The position numbers and the translations under genes were made by a program. The notes under the pieces were generated by a model. That model was not told the origin of the DNA. It saw nothing but the letters and a program-made list of their open reading frames with translations, and searched no databases. DNA of 44,700 bases from a virus (Duplodnaviria > Caudoviricetes): positions 1 to 44,700 of IMG/VR virus record IMGVR_UViG_3300032069_000208; one strand, given 5' to 3'. Of this stretch, positions 8,464-17,302 are shown in pieces; the stretch's first letter is position 1, and the number at the start of each line of letters is the position of its first letter.

Positions 8464-8727
8464 ATGACCAATCAAGAAAGACGTGAGTGTTTTATACTGG
8501 GCTGGACGAAGGCGTGGTTTCAATTACCAAGTTATGACGAGTCGTTGAGGCTCGCCAAGGCCGAGGCGGAGCGCATCTATCCCGATGTCCCGGAGATAGA
8601 CGCAGAACGCACCACCGTGAAGCCTGCGGGAGTCACGGACGCAGTCCCGGAGGCAGAATCTGTAACCGTTATCGACGTGATGCGTGCAAAGCGGAAGTGG
8701 GCCGCAACGATAAACGCAGAATGGTGA
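8464..8727 (+). CDS. Hypothetical protein
   Basis: AAGGAGGT RBS before ATG 8464. Confidence 0.6.
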   Translation: MTNQERRECFILGWTKAWFQLPSYDESLRLAKAEAERIYPDVPEIDAERTTVKPAGVTDAVPEAESVTVIDVMRAKRKWAATINAEW

Positions 8728-8738
8728 GGTAAGGTTCG

Positions 8739-8942
8739 ATGGGTTATCGTCGCTACACCGTTGAGATGACGCCCGCGCAGCGTGCCGCATGGTGGAGACG
8801 ACAGGCTGCTATAGAGGGCAGCAGTTACGAACGCCTGGGAAAGCAGAAAACAGCAACCGGCATCTCTGCTGATAAGCGACGGGTGACGCACTTGGCCGAC
8901 GAATGGTACAACCAGGCGCACTGCTTCTACTGGTTTCGGTGA
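8739..8942 (+). CDS. Hypothetical protein
   Basis: GAGGT RBS, 67-aa ORF in operon orientation. Confidence 0.5.
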   Translation: MGYRRYTVEMTPAQRAAWWRRQAAIEGSSYERLGKQKTATGISADKRRVTHLADEWYNQAHCFYWFR

Positions 8943-9061
8943 AGTATGAAATGGGGTCTGGGACACCGGGAGGATGAAATACGAAGTTGACAGGATAAGT
9001 TCCAAGAAGTTCTTTCCTTCCGTAGATAGTGGCCCGGAAACCTCATACATGGGGGATAGTC

Positions 9062-9090
9062 TTGACGGACCGCGCTATTCTATCCATAAT
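9062..9090 (+). promoter_or_regulatory. Sigma70-like promoter for sugar block 1
   Basis: TTGACG-N17-CATAAT, 30 nt before ATG 9121. Confidence 0.6.
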
Positions 9091-9120
9091 CCCTTAGTAA
9101 TAACATGCACAGGGGGTGTA

Positions 9121-10452
9121 ATGGAGCTTAGGGACGATGTAAAGAATCTGATAAAAAAGATCCGAAAATTCCCAAATCGGGAAACGATGCTGAACACCTA
9201 CAAATATAACGAGGGCGTGCGAAAAGCTTGGACCCCTATGTGGGTCCGAAATTTAGCAAGAACATATCAAGAAGTTGAGAGACGTTTCGCCGGCGAGGAT
9301 GTCGATATCAAGACACTCCCGAGAGTACAGAATGAACCCATATTGATGTTGGGCTCAGGACCGTCGCTGGACGATTGGATACCGCGTTTAAAATCCTGGA
9401 AGGGCGCGATTGCCTGTTCTACTTCACAACTTCTTTTGCTAGAGTATCTTGAAATTGCTCCCACGTATCTGTTCCTGATTGATTGCGACCCCAATCCTGA
9501 GATCATCAAGCTAGTTGGGGACTATCAAGGGGACCAAAGCAAAACTGTTTTTATCACGCATCCTCAGGTTCCAAGAGAATACTTGGAAATCTGGCGGGGC
9601 CCGGTGAAGTTCTTCCGGATGTTGGACCCTGGGGACGAGTTTTCGACTAAATACGTTCCGATGGCCGTGGGCTGGATAAATCAGAATAAATCCCCGCAGG
9701 ATTCGCATATCGGCTCCTATGTTCTGAATAGCGGCAATGTGGTAAACGCAGCTATCCCGGTTTTGGGCGGGCTAGGATACGCTCCCATTTTCGTTTGCGG
9801 GTACGACTTGGGATATCCGAAGGGCGTCTACAGGGGTTCGTCGGTAAACAGAATCGACGGCAAGTTGGAATTGCAACCTCCGGCGAAAATGCCTTCGCAG
9901 AAAGTGCGACCGATCAAATATGAACGGGGAATCAACGGCGTTCTGTCTGATGAGTTGTGCTATTTTTACAAGTATTCTTTTATGATCCTGTACGGTCTTG
10001 GGAATGTTCCGGTGTTGTCGTGCAGCCGGGGTCTGCTTGGGGAAGTTCCTTATATCGATCCAAGGGCGGTAGTGGCAACGCAAGGGCGAGGATTTGACGA
10101 ATTGCTAAGGACACCCGTGGAAGCGTATGAGATCGGAAAAGAATATTTGCACACTCGGCAGATTTATATCCTGAGAACCGATTTTCAGACGGCGACCGTT
10201 AACATCTTTGCCAAAGGCGGATGGTGGAAGCGGTTAAAGTTCCGCCTGTACTGGCACTGGCAGCAATCCCGGCCCTGGGCATGGAAAGGAGATAGAGTTG
10301 GTCTGTTCACCACGGCATGGAGGACATGGAAGGTTGGGTTGAAGAGGCGGCAACAGGAATTGGCGGCTAAGCCAGTGAGGCCTCAAATAACGCTGGCGAA
10401 GAAACGCAAGAAGGCAAAGCGCAAAATTAAAAAGTCGGTGCCCCATGTTTGA
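9121..10452 (+). CDS. maf: Maf/DUF115-family protein, putative nonulosonic-acid protein glycosyltransferase
   Basis: PILMLGSGPSL..APTYLFLIDCDP and SGNVVNAAI..LGYAPIFVCGYDLGY motifs; directly upstream of pseB; start chosen from promoter and AGGGGG RBS. Confidence 0.72.
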   Translation: MELRDDVKNLIKKIRKFPNRETMLNTYKYNEGVRKAWTPMWVRNLARTYQEVERRFAGEDVDIKTLPRVQNEPILMLGSGPSLDDWIPRLKSWKGAIACSTSQLLLLEYLEIAPTYLFLIDCDPNPEIIKLVGDYQGDQSKTVFITHPQVPREYLEIWRGPVKFFRMLDPGDEFSTKYVPMAVGWINQNKSPQDSHIGSYVLNSGNVVNAAIPVLGGLGYAPIFVCGYDLGYPKGVYRGSSVNRIDGKLELQPPAKMPSQKVRPIKYERGINGVLSDELCYFYKYSFMILYGLGNVPVLSCSRGLLGEVPYIDPRAVVATQGRGFDELLRTPVEAYEIGKEYLHTRQIYILRTDFQTATVNIFAKGGWWKRLKFRLYWHWQQSRPWAWKGDRVGLFTTAWRTWKVGLKRRQQELAAKPVRPQITLAKKRKKAKRKIKKSVPHV

Positions 10453-11443
10453 CGGGGCACGTATTCTTATTACGGGCGGAAGTGGATCATTCGGAACGCA
10501 TTTTGTCGAACATATTTTCTCCGCCTACAATCCCGAGAAGGTTGTCATATTCAGCCGTGGAGAGAAAGCGCAATGTGAAATGGAGGACCGCTTTGGATAC
10601 TATAAGGCGAGGATGCGCTTCATTCTTGGCAGTGTGACGGATCAGGATCGGATTTCACGGGCGTGCGATGGAATTGATATTATCGTACATGCCGCGGCGC
10701 TAAAAGTGGTTCCCAAACTGGAATACAATCCCTTGGAATGCCACGACGTGAACGTAGTGGGTACCCGGAACGTGATTAACGCGGTGATCGAACGCCAGGT
10801 GCCTAACGCGGTGTTCATAGCGACGGACAAGGGTGTAATGCCGGTGAACTACTACGGATATTGTAAAGGGATGGCCGAACGAATGTGGCTGGAAGCCAAC
10901 TATCTCAAACCGTATTTCAAGATAGTCAGGTACGGCAATATCATGGGCTCCCGGGGCTCGGTGATTAACTACTTCATGGATTTGAAGAGGGCGGGGATCA
11001 AAGAGTATCCGTTGACGCATATGGACTGCACGCGCTTCTGGGTGGACTATTCAGAGGCCATAGCGCTTCTGCTTCAAGCGATAGAAAACAAGGCCGGGGT
11101 TACGCTGGCGAGCAAGGCCAAGTCTTTCAAAGTCAAAGACCTGATAAAGGCTATCTACCTACGGGCGGACCTGAAGGTGATCGGCTTGCGAGAAGGTGAG
11201 AAGATCCATGAGACCTTGGTAAGCGAGTATGAGGCAAGAAGGGCAAAAGAACTGCCGACATGCTACCGGATTTTCCCGGCGTACTCGTATGACGATGAAA
11301 TTCTATATCCCAAAGAGGAAGGTTCGGATATGAAGAAAGCCGTGACTTCAAATGACCCCGCGTACCTGATGAACGTAAAAGAGTTGCGTCGGAAGGTTGA
11401 TGCATTAGGGGGACCTCGTGAGAGATCCATACGACATAGTTAG
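10445..11443 (+). CDS. pseB: UDP-GlcNAc 4,6-dehydratase (PseB/FlaA1 type)
   Basis: ITGGSGSFG, HAAALKVVP..EYNP, ATDK..PVNYYG..K, VRYGNIMGSRGSVI, TRFW, GLREGEKIHE. Confidence 0.92.
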   Translation: MFDGARILITGGSGSFGTHFVEHIFSAYNPEKVVIFSRGEKAQCEMEDRFGYYKARMRFILGSVTDQDRISRACDGIDIIVHAAALKVVPKLEYNPLECHDVNVVGTRNVINAVIERQVPNAVFIATDKGVMPVNYYGYCKGMAERMWLEANYLKPYFKIVRYGNIMGSRGSVINYFMDLKRAGIKEYPLTHMDCTRFWVDYSEAIALLLQAIENKAGVTLASKAKSFKVKDLIKAIYLRADLKVIGLREGEKIHETLVSEYEARRAKELPTCYRIFPAYSYDDEILYPKEEGSDMKKAVTSNDPAYLMNVKELRRKVDALGGPRERSIRHS

Positions 11444-12038
11444 GGACTTTGAGAAAGCCTTGTCCGAATACACGGGTGCGGACTACTGTGTCGCGCTAAA
11501 CTCATGCACGGCAGCCTTGAAGCTATGCTATGGGTGGTACGTGCTTCACGGTGGACGCTCTGTGGAGATCCCCTCAAAAACTTATCCCAGTGTATGGATG
11601 CAGGCGGCCATTATAGGGCTTCAGGTCAAGCCTTCGGGGCCATGGGAGGGAGTCTATAATCTCCGCCCTTCCAACATATGGGATTGCGCCAAGCGATTGA
11701 CCGTCGGGATGTACCGGTGCGCCCAATTTCAATGTCTGAGCTTTCACCCCCAGAAACCTCTGGGCTTGGCCAATGGGGGTGGGGCGATTCTCCACGATAA
11801 TGCAGAGGCGGATAGATGGTTTCGCAAGATGAGATTCGACGGTAGAACCGAAGGTGTGCCAACCCGAGATGATGAATATCAACAGCTAGGAGAGCACTGC
11901 TACATGTTTCCGGCAACGGCGGCGGAAGGGCTGCAAAAGCTAAGCATTTATGCGCGCGAAATCCATCACGCCGATCAACCGGCCGAATTGGAGTTATACC
12001 CTAATATGTCAAGGTGGTATTCGACATGGCGCAAGTGA
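11418..12038 (+). CDS. pseC: DegT/DnrJ/EryC1/StrS PLP aminotransferase (PseC-like), short form
   Basis: FEKALSEYTGADYCVALNSCTAAL and SFHPQKPL..GGGAI (PLP lysine); only 206 aa. Confidence 0.8.
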   Translation: MRDPYDIVRDFEKALSEYTGADYCVALNSCTAALKLCYGWYVLHGGRSVEIPSKTYPSVWMQAAIIGLQVKPSGPWEGVYNLRPSNIWDCAKRLTVGMYRCAQFQCLSFHPQKPLGLANGGGAILHDNAEADRWFRKMRFDGRTEGVPTRDDEYQQLGEHCYMFPATAAEGLQKLSIYAREIHHADQPAELELYPNMSRWYSTWRK

Positions 12039-12646
12039 TCTTCGACTTGGGGTCCGGGCTCAGCACGCACAATGATCAGTACTACATCCGCTCCATCATG
12101 GACTCTATCAAGGCGGCGGATACGGGCAAGCATGAAGTTGTGTTGAAGTTCCAGCTATTTTCGGATCAACCTCCCAACATGCCGCTGGATCAATTGATGT
12201 TCAATGCGGCCTATGAGTACGGAGCGAAACTAGGCTACAAAGTGACGGCAAGTGTGTTTGATGCGCCGAGTTTGAAGTTTCTGCTTAACTTCGAGGTTCC
12301 CTTCATCAAGATAGCATGCCGGCCGGAGTTGTATTGGATCATAGGGGAGGTCCCTCGCAAGCTAAGTGTTTACTGTAGCGTGGCGGACTTGGGAGACGCG
12401 GTGCCTGATGGCGTCGAGGTTGCGATGTTGTGTGTGCCCAAATATCCGGCCGACATCGCGGAGTACCGGGCGCTGTATGACAACCGGCTCTCCGGGGCGA
12501 TTTCAGATCATACGGCGGGATTGGCGTTGTTCAACGAGCTAAAGCCGAAAATATGGGAGAAGCACTTTGTCTACGAGCGGGAACCGGCTAATCCCGACGC
12601 GGGGCCGTTTGCCCTCACGGTAGAAGATCTGGAAAGTTTGCTATGA
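12026..12646 (+). CDS. pseI: NeuB/PseI-family nonulosonic acid synthase, barrel domain only
   Basis: LKFQ, ASVFD, PFIKIAC, LCVPKYPA, ISDHTAG, WEKHF, PDAGPFAL. Confidence 0.82.
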   Translation: MAQVIFDLGSGLSTHNDQYYIRSIMDSIKAADTGKHEVVLKFQLFSDQPPNMPLDQLMFNAAYEYGAKLGYKVTASVFDAPSLKFLLNFEVPFIKIACRPELYWIIGEVPRKLSVYCSVADLGDAVPDGVEVAMLCVPKYPADIAEYRALYDNRLSGAISDHTAGLALFNELKPKIWEKHFVYEREPANPDAGPFALTVEDLESLL

Positions 12647-13122
12647 TCGATCTTGTTCCGATCACTGAACAAATAGCGATTATGGCGGCCGATTGGCGTA
12701 ACGCCAATCCTGAGGCTTGCCGGACTCCGGTTTTTTCCACGAAAGATAGTCAAAGAGACTGGTTTCGGAGCCTGAAGTACAAACCTCATAAGTACTGGGC
12801 TGTCATGGCTGGGCCGCAGGCGGTGGGAATTGCTGGGCTAACGCATGTTACAGATTGGTCGGGGGAGATATCTCTGGTGTTGAACCCGGCCAAAAGGGGG
12901 CATGGATACGGACGTGCGGCTGCCGAGGCTTTGATAGGACAGGGCTTTGATATCATGGAACTGTTTGTGATCTATGGAGAAACCTATCTGTGTGCTCCTT
13001 CAAATCCCTTTTGGCACCATATATTGGCCAATTACAATCCCCGCTGGGTGCGATTACCCAACCGAAAGCTTTGGCAGGGCAAGTTGTACGATAGCGATTA
13101 CTTCTCCATTAGGAGAATCTGA
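12643..13122 (+). CDS. GNAT N-acetyltransferase (PseH-like)
   Basis: WRN..QRDWF..GEISLVLNPAKRGHGYGRAA..GFDIMEL; position within the sugar operon. Confidence 0.75.
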   Translation: MIDLVPITEQIAIMAADWRNANPEACRTPVFSTKDSQRDWFRSLKYKPHKYWAVMAGPQAVGIAGLTHVTDWSGEISLVLNPAKRGHGYGRAAAEALIGQGFDIMELFVIYGETYLCAPSNPFWHHILANYNPRWVRLPNRKLWQGKLYDSDYFSIRRI

Positions 13123-13643
13123 TGCGGTGGGTGTGCCTAATTGTTGGCGCAATCTGCGGGGCCATCTTGGGTTCGACAAACGTGTTTGCCCCTTTACACG
13201 AGTTTTACCACGTAGCGGTGGCCGGCAAGCATGGTATCGAGGCGGTCATTACCTCATGGAGTACGGCAGAACTGGCCGAATTCAATTTCCCCGCTATCTT
13301 CGCCGGCTGGTCGGCGCAGATGTGGAGCGGTGCGATAGCGGCTGTTGTGTTCGCGGTCGTCGGCAGGCATACGAGGGCTATGCTGTTCACGGGAGCCGGC
13401 GGGGTAGGCTACGCAGCAGCCGCCTGGGGTCGGGCATTCGGCAGCTATGATTTCAACGAAGCGATAAAGCTTTACCTGGCCAGAGCCCTTTCCTCATCGG
13501 ATCAGTTGCTCGTGTGGGGGTATTTGCACGAGGAGATAACCAGACGGTGGACGGTCATTGGTCTGCTGGTCATAGGGTTGGCGGTGCTTGTTGTGGTGGT
13601 CATGGTATGGCGGGACAAACGCAAGTTCAGTCTCGACTTTTAA
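13122..13643 (+). CDS. Multi-TM protein with HExxH motif (M50-like metallopeptidase?)
   Basis: PLHEFYH next to hydrophobic segments; about four TM helices; TGATG coupling. Confidence 0.55.
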   Translation: MRWVCLIVGAICGAILGSTNVFAPLHEFYHVAVAGKHGIEAVITSWSTAELAEFNFPAIFAGWSAQMWSGAIAAVVFAVVGRHTRAMLFTGAGGVGYAAAAWGRAFGSYDFNEAIKLYLARALSSSDQLLVWGYLHEEITRRWTVIGLLVIGLAVLVVVVMVWRDKRKFSLDF

Positions 13644-13647
13644 GGCA

Positions 13648-13673
13648 AGGCCGGCATTACGCCGGCCTGTTTG
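13648..13673. terminator. Hairpin between convergent genes, probable terminator
   Basis: AGGCCGGC-attac-GCCGGCCT followed by GTTT. Confidence 0.55.
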
Positions 13674-13794
13674 GTCTCTGCTTTTTCGGTCCTCCCTTTT
13701 TCCCATTCTCGCGGGCGGCTCTCCGTTTTGCCTCGCTCTTTGATTTCCCCCCCAGTTTCCCCATGAGGGATGCGGCACGTGATAGGTCGCTCAT
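13657..13794 (-). CDS. Small basic protein (45 aa, not in the ORF track)
   Basis: MSDLSRAASLMGKLGGKSKSEAKRRAARENGKKGGPKK; AGGAG RBS. Confidence 0.7.
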   Translation of the reverse strand: MSDLSRAASLMGKLGGKSKSEAKRRAARENGKKGGPKKQRPNRPA

Positions 13795-13834
13795 TCCCTT
13801 TTCTCCTTTCTCCGAACCGAATGGCGATACCGGC

Positions 13835-14044
13835 CTATGTCAAAACCGTTTGAACGATAGCGTGCCCTTTGCTGATCCGGTAGGCACCGGGTGCCGCGAA
13901 TGCCGCCGAGAACGCTTCGGATTTGGTCGCTTTCCACGTTTTGCCGCAATCATAGGAGAAGTACCATTTGTCCCATGATAGCCGGCCGATCCAGTGGAAA
14001 GACACTCCGTCTACGACGGTGGTTCCGTAGCGTTGTAGTCTCAT
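13835..14044 (-). CDS. Hypothetical protein
   Basis: GAGGAGGT RBS, 69 aa. Confidence 0.65.
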   Translation of the reverse strand: MRLQRYGTTVVDGVSFHWIGRLSWDKWYFSYDCGKTWKATKSEAFSAAFAAPGAYRISKGHAIVQTVLT

Positions 14045-14114
14045 TTTCGTTTACCTCCTCGTCTTTTCGGCTATGGCCGGCCGGGGTTATGGAGCCCCGC
14101 GCCGCTCTGCCGGC

Positions 14115-14318
14115 CTACTCGTCCTCGCGGTCCGGGTCCAGGTACTCGAGGGCCTGGTCGACTTCATCCTCAGTGAGCGTGGCATTGGCTGCAAGCTCTC
14201 GCGTGTACACTGCGAGAGCCGCGTCAAGGGATGCACGCGAGACCAGCCCCCCCTGCGCGTCATTGCCGTACACTGCGTAGGCGAGTGTAACGATTGCGTC
14301 AAACTGTTCCTGGTTCAT
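14115..14318 (-). CDS. Small acidic hypothetical protein
   Basis: GGAGG RBS; MNQEQFDAIV..EDEVDQALEYLDPDREDE. Confidence 0.7.
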   Translation of the reverse strand: MNQEQFDAIVTLAYAVYGNDAQGGLVSRASLDAALAVYTRELAANATLTEDEVDQALEYLDPDREDE

Positions 14319-14339
14319 GCTTGTATCCTCCATGGGCAG

Positions 14340-14368
14340 AGTATGGACCCAATCGTTTGGGTTGTCAA
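14340..14368 (-). promoter_or_regulatory. Leftward sigma70-like promoter with a palindrome in the spacer
   Basis: TTGACA-N17-CATACT; ACCCAA-N4-TTGGGT at 14347..14362. Confidence 0.65.
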
Positions 14369-14459
14369 GGGCGATTTTGTAGAATTTTAATGACATACGG
14401 CTGTATAGTAGTAGGAGAGGACTTGACAAACCGGGCCGATCTATGGTAGGGATGAAGTA

Positions 14460-14714
14460 ATGGCAAAGAGTCCGCAAGTGGCGCGACATTCGAGAGCCCG
14501 GCAAACTACATGCACTACTAAGGGATCTATGATGCGGCCCAGATTCGCTCTGTTGCCGTCAATCTGCGCAGCGTGCGGGGAGACCAGTTGGCTAGAGATG
14601 GGTTGGTGGGTAGACGATACGATCATGGGCATATCATCCGGTGGGCGTTGGAATTGTAAGCGATGCGGCCCGGATGCACTACCATGGAGCAACCATCCGG
14701 GGATGCATGGCTAA
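14460..14714 (+). CDS. Small zinc-binding hypothetical protein (start may be near 14530)
   Basis: CAACG..CKRCG; overlaps the terS start. Confidence 0.45.
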   Translation: MAKSPQVARHSRARQTTCTTKGSMMRPRFALLPSICAACGETSWLEMGWWVDDTIMGISSGGRWNCKRCGPDALPWSNHPGMHG

Positions 14715-15402
14715 GCGCCGTCTATCTATTAAACAGCAGGCATTTGTCGCCGCTATAGCCAATCCAGCCAGCCCCACCTATAGTAACGGTACTCGCTCTA
14801 TCCTCGCTACTCACCCCGGTGTCTCATCCCTAGGCTCAGCAGCAGTAAGCGCTTCCCGTTATCTAACCTCCGATAAGATCCGCTCCGCTATCGATGATAT
14901 CCTCAGACAACAGGGACTAGGGATTGAGGTACGTACTGCTAAAATTCGAAGCATATTGGACGTCGATACCTACGAGATAGAGCAGATAGACCGCAAGGGG
15001 CGGGTAAAGAGCGCTACCAGGCTGCCTAATCACAAAATCCAACTCCAAGCGATTCACTTGCTGAACAAGTTGGACGGCAGCTATGCTAGGGCCGAGGGGA
15101 TCGGTCATGCGCAGGCCAGGGTGTTGGAGCCGCTGATAGAGGAGTACACGAGGAGGTTGCGGGCTGAGCTTAGGGCGGAGGCTGCCTCTGAGGGGGCCGT
15201 AGCGGGTCAAGGTGAGATCCTGGAGGGTCAGGTGGTATCATCCCCTCAGACTGAGCAGGCTAGCGCTGGCGAGCCGCAGTCACGCGCAGGCAGCGCAGCG
15301 CAAGCAGACCAGGTAGATGCTGAGACATCACTAGAGGTTGTAGACAAAAGTAGACAAGATGGCACGCAGCCTCAGGCGGAGGGTCAATGCGGGGCAAGGT
15401 GA
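14707..15402 (+). CDS. terS: Terminase small subunit
   Basis: LSIKQQAFV..NGTRS..SAAVSASRYLTSDKIRSAI HTH pattern; upstream of terL. Confidence 0.75.
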   Translation: MAKRRLSIKQQAFVAAIANPASPTYSNGTRSILATHPGVSSLGSAAVSASRYLTSDKIRSAIDDILRQQGLGIEVRTAKIRSILDVDTYEIEQIDRKGRVKSATRLPNHKIQLQAIHLLNKLDGSYARAEGIGHAQARVLEPLIEEYTRRLRAELRAEAASEGAVAGQGEILEGQVVSSPQTEQASAGEPQSRAGSAAQADQVDAETSLEVVDKSRQDGTQPQAEGQCGAR

Positions 15403-15560
15403 GATTCAGGAGGGTCAATCACCCCCCCCTACCGGCAGCCCGAGCGCTACAGACACGCCAACGAGTGCTGACAGCATGCAAGCATCGGCAGCCTGTGCTG
15501 AGACATCACTAGCAGTTGTCAGCAAAAGTAGACAAGAGGACGGGCAGGAGCAGGTGGAGA
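15205..15560 (+). repeat. Imperfect tandem duplication of about 180 bp at the terS 3' end
   Basis: TGCTGAGACATCACTAG..CAAAAGTAGACAAGA at 15318..15359 and 15496..15537; CAAGGTGAGAT..GGAGGGTCA also occurs twice. Confidence 0.8.
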
Positions 15561-15653
15561 CGCAGACGGGGGTAGGGGGTATCCCCCCCCGTGTTGAGAA
15601 TAATGAATAGTTCACTTCTACACGATAGATTTTTTTCTATAGGGAGTAGGCAG

Positions 15654-15743
15654 ATGATTATACAACTGACGGTAGGGGAGTTGAGCATACTGATAGGGGT
15701 ATGCGTGGTGCTGGGGATGCTATTGGGGAGGCGGGGGATTTGA
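15654..15743 (+). CDS. 29-aa single-TM peptide coupled to terL
   Basis: MIIQLTVGELSILIGVCVVLGMLLGRRGI; GGGAG RBS; stop overlaps TTG at 15740. Confidence 0.5.
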   Translation: MIIQLTVGELSILIGVCVVLGMLLGRRGI

Positions 15744-17302
15744 CCAAAGTAGAGACTGAGAAGTACAAGAAGATTCTGGAGGATGTTGGGGGGGATGAGA
15801 GGTCGGCCACGACTCTATGGCTGAAATGGAAATGTCTGACCGATCTATTTTTTCTGGGCTACGAGATATTGGGATTGAAAGAAGCACGAGACAAGCGAGG
15901 GCGGAAGCTTGTGGACCCCGTGTTTCATTCGTGGTTGGCGGGGGTGTTGAACACCACGGATGACGTGATGGTAATCGTGCCCCGGCGGTTTATGAAGACC
16001 ACGTGGGTGAAGATCAAGTTGCTGCAAAACATCCTACGCGATCCCTTCATTCGTCAGGCTCTATATTCGAGCACGGCCGATTTGGTGGAACAGGAATTGT
16101 TGTCGATCAAGCGCATGGCCTCAAGTCCGAGGTTGATGTCGCTGTTTGGCGAGGTATTGGTGGACCCTGGCCCCAAGGGGATGGGTTGGCAGATCAACCG
16201 GGGCAATCAGTTGACGATTTTCAGGGACCCGAAGTTGGGCACCCCTCCCCAGGAGGCGCAGATTGAAGCATTCGGAATCGGTGGAAACCCTGTGGGAAAA
16301 CACTTCGACCTACACATATATGATGATATCGTTACCGATAAAAACTCTCAGACGATGGAACAACTTAACAAGACCCGAGAGTGGTACGGCTACATACAAG
16401 GTGTCCTGGAACCTGGTGGACAAGAGATATACATTGGAACTCCATACCACTACGAAGACCTCACCAACTTCATCCAGAAAGAAGAAATTTTCGACCACGT
16501 CTACAAGCGAAGTTACCAAGAAGCAGGCAGGATAATCTATTCCTATTACACCGAGGCCATGATCCGAAGGTTGAAGAAAAAATATACCCCCTATCAATTC
16601 TCCTGTCAGATGGAGTGCAACCCTCAGCCGATGGAGGATCAGCTCTTCCCTCCTCCGCAACCGACCTTTGATACCCTGCCTCCGGGGAAGTACAACTACT
16701 ACATCGCCGTGGACCCGGCGGCCACCGTCACGGCCCAATCGGATGAAACGGCAATCGTGGTGGCAGCGGTCAACGAGATCTCCCACGTGTACGTGGTAGA
16801 GGCGCTGCATTTCAAGAAATCAGGCGATGAGATTGCCGAAATATTGCTTCGGTTGAACGAACGCTACAACCCGCGTAAGATTGGAATTGAGTTAGGCCTG
16901 CAAAGCCATCTGAAATCGGTCATAGAGCTTACCAAGTCCAATTGGGAAGCCATGCAGAGAAAACCCATCCATATGCCCATTGAACCCATCCCCATCGGAC
17001 GCGATCGAAGCAAATATCAGAGGATCAATCTGACGGTAGGATCGTTTGTCCGCTCCAATCGTATGCACATCTCAAACAATCTCCTGGACTTGATGAAGCA
17101 AATGGGATTGTACAACAAGAATTACTCAGGTAAAGACGACCTGGTGGACGCACTTTCGATGTTGTTCTCAATTGTGGAGCAGTTCTCATTCCGCTATTGG
17201 CGCGATCCCCTAGGACTCGTAAAGAAGGGTTTCACCTACTTTGAAGACTTCTTCAAACCAAGGAAGAAGTACCTGTCCTACAATGAGAGGTTCAGCCAAT
17301 GA
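15740..17302 (+). CDS. terL: Terminase large subunit (start 15740 or 15701)
   Basis: Walker A-like VPRRFMKTT, Walker B GKHFDLHIYDDIV, IGTPYH, nuclease IAVDPA..SDETAI..DDLVDALS. Confidence 0.93.
   Translation: MTKVETEKYKKILEDVGGDERSATTLWLKWKCLTDLFFLGYEILGLKEARDKRGRKLVDPVFHSWLAGVLNTTDDVMVIVPRRFMKTTWVKIKLLQNILRDPFIRQALYSSTADLVEQELLSIKRMASSPRLMSLFGEVLVDPGPKGMGWQINRGNQLTIFRDPKLGTPPQEAQIEAFGIGGNPVGKHFDLHIYDDIVTDKNSQTMEQLNKTREWYGYIQGVLEPGGQEIYIGTPYHYEDLTNFIQKEEIFDHVYKRSYQEAGRIIYSYYTEAMIRRLKKKYTPYQFSCQMECNPQPMEDQLFPPPQPTFDTLPPGKYNYYIAVDPAATVTAQSDETAIVVAAVNEISHVYVVEALHFKKSGDEIAEILLRLNERYNPRKIGIELGLQSHLKSVIELTKSNWEAMQRKPIHMPIEPIPIGRDRSKYQRINLTVGSFVRSNRMHISNNLLDLMKQMGLYNKNYSGKDDLVDALSMLFSIVEQFSFRYWRDPLGLVKKGFTYFEDFFKPRKKYLSYNERFSQ

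Noticed and set aside
8974-10452. Start at 8974 and a folate/MptE kinase function
   Set aside because: A promoter and RBS lie inside the first 147 nt, pointing to ATG 9121; the pse context favours Maf over MptE, though this is untested.
14423-14453. Rightward late promoter at TTGACA 14423
   Set aside because: Perfect -35 but no convincing -10 at 16-18 bp spacing; may need an activator, so not called.
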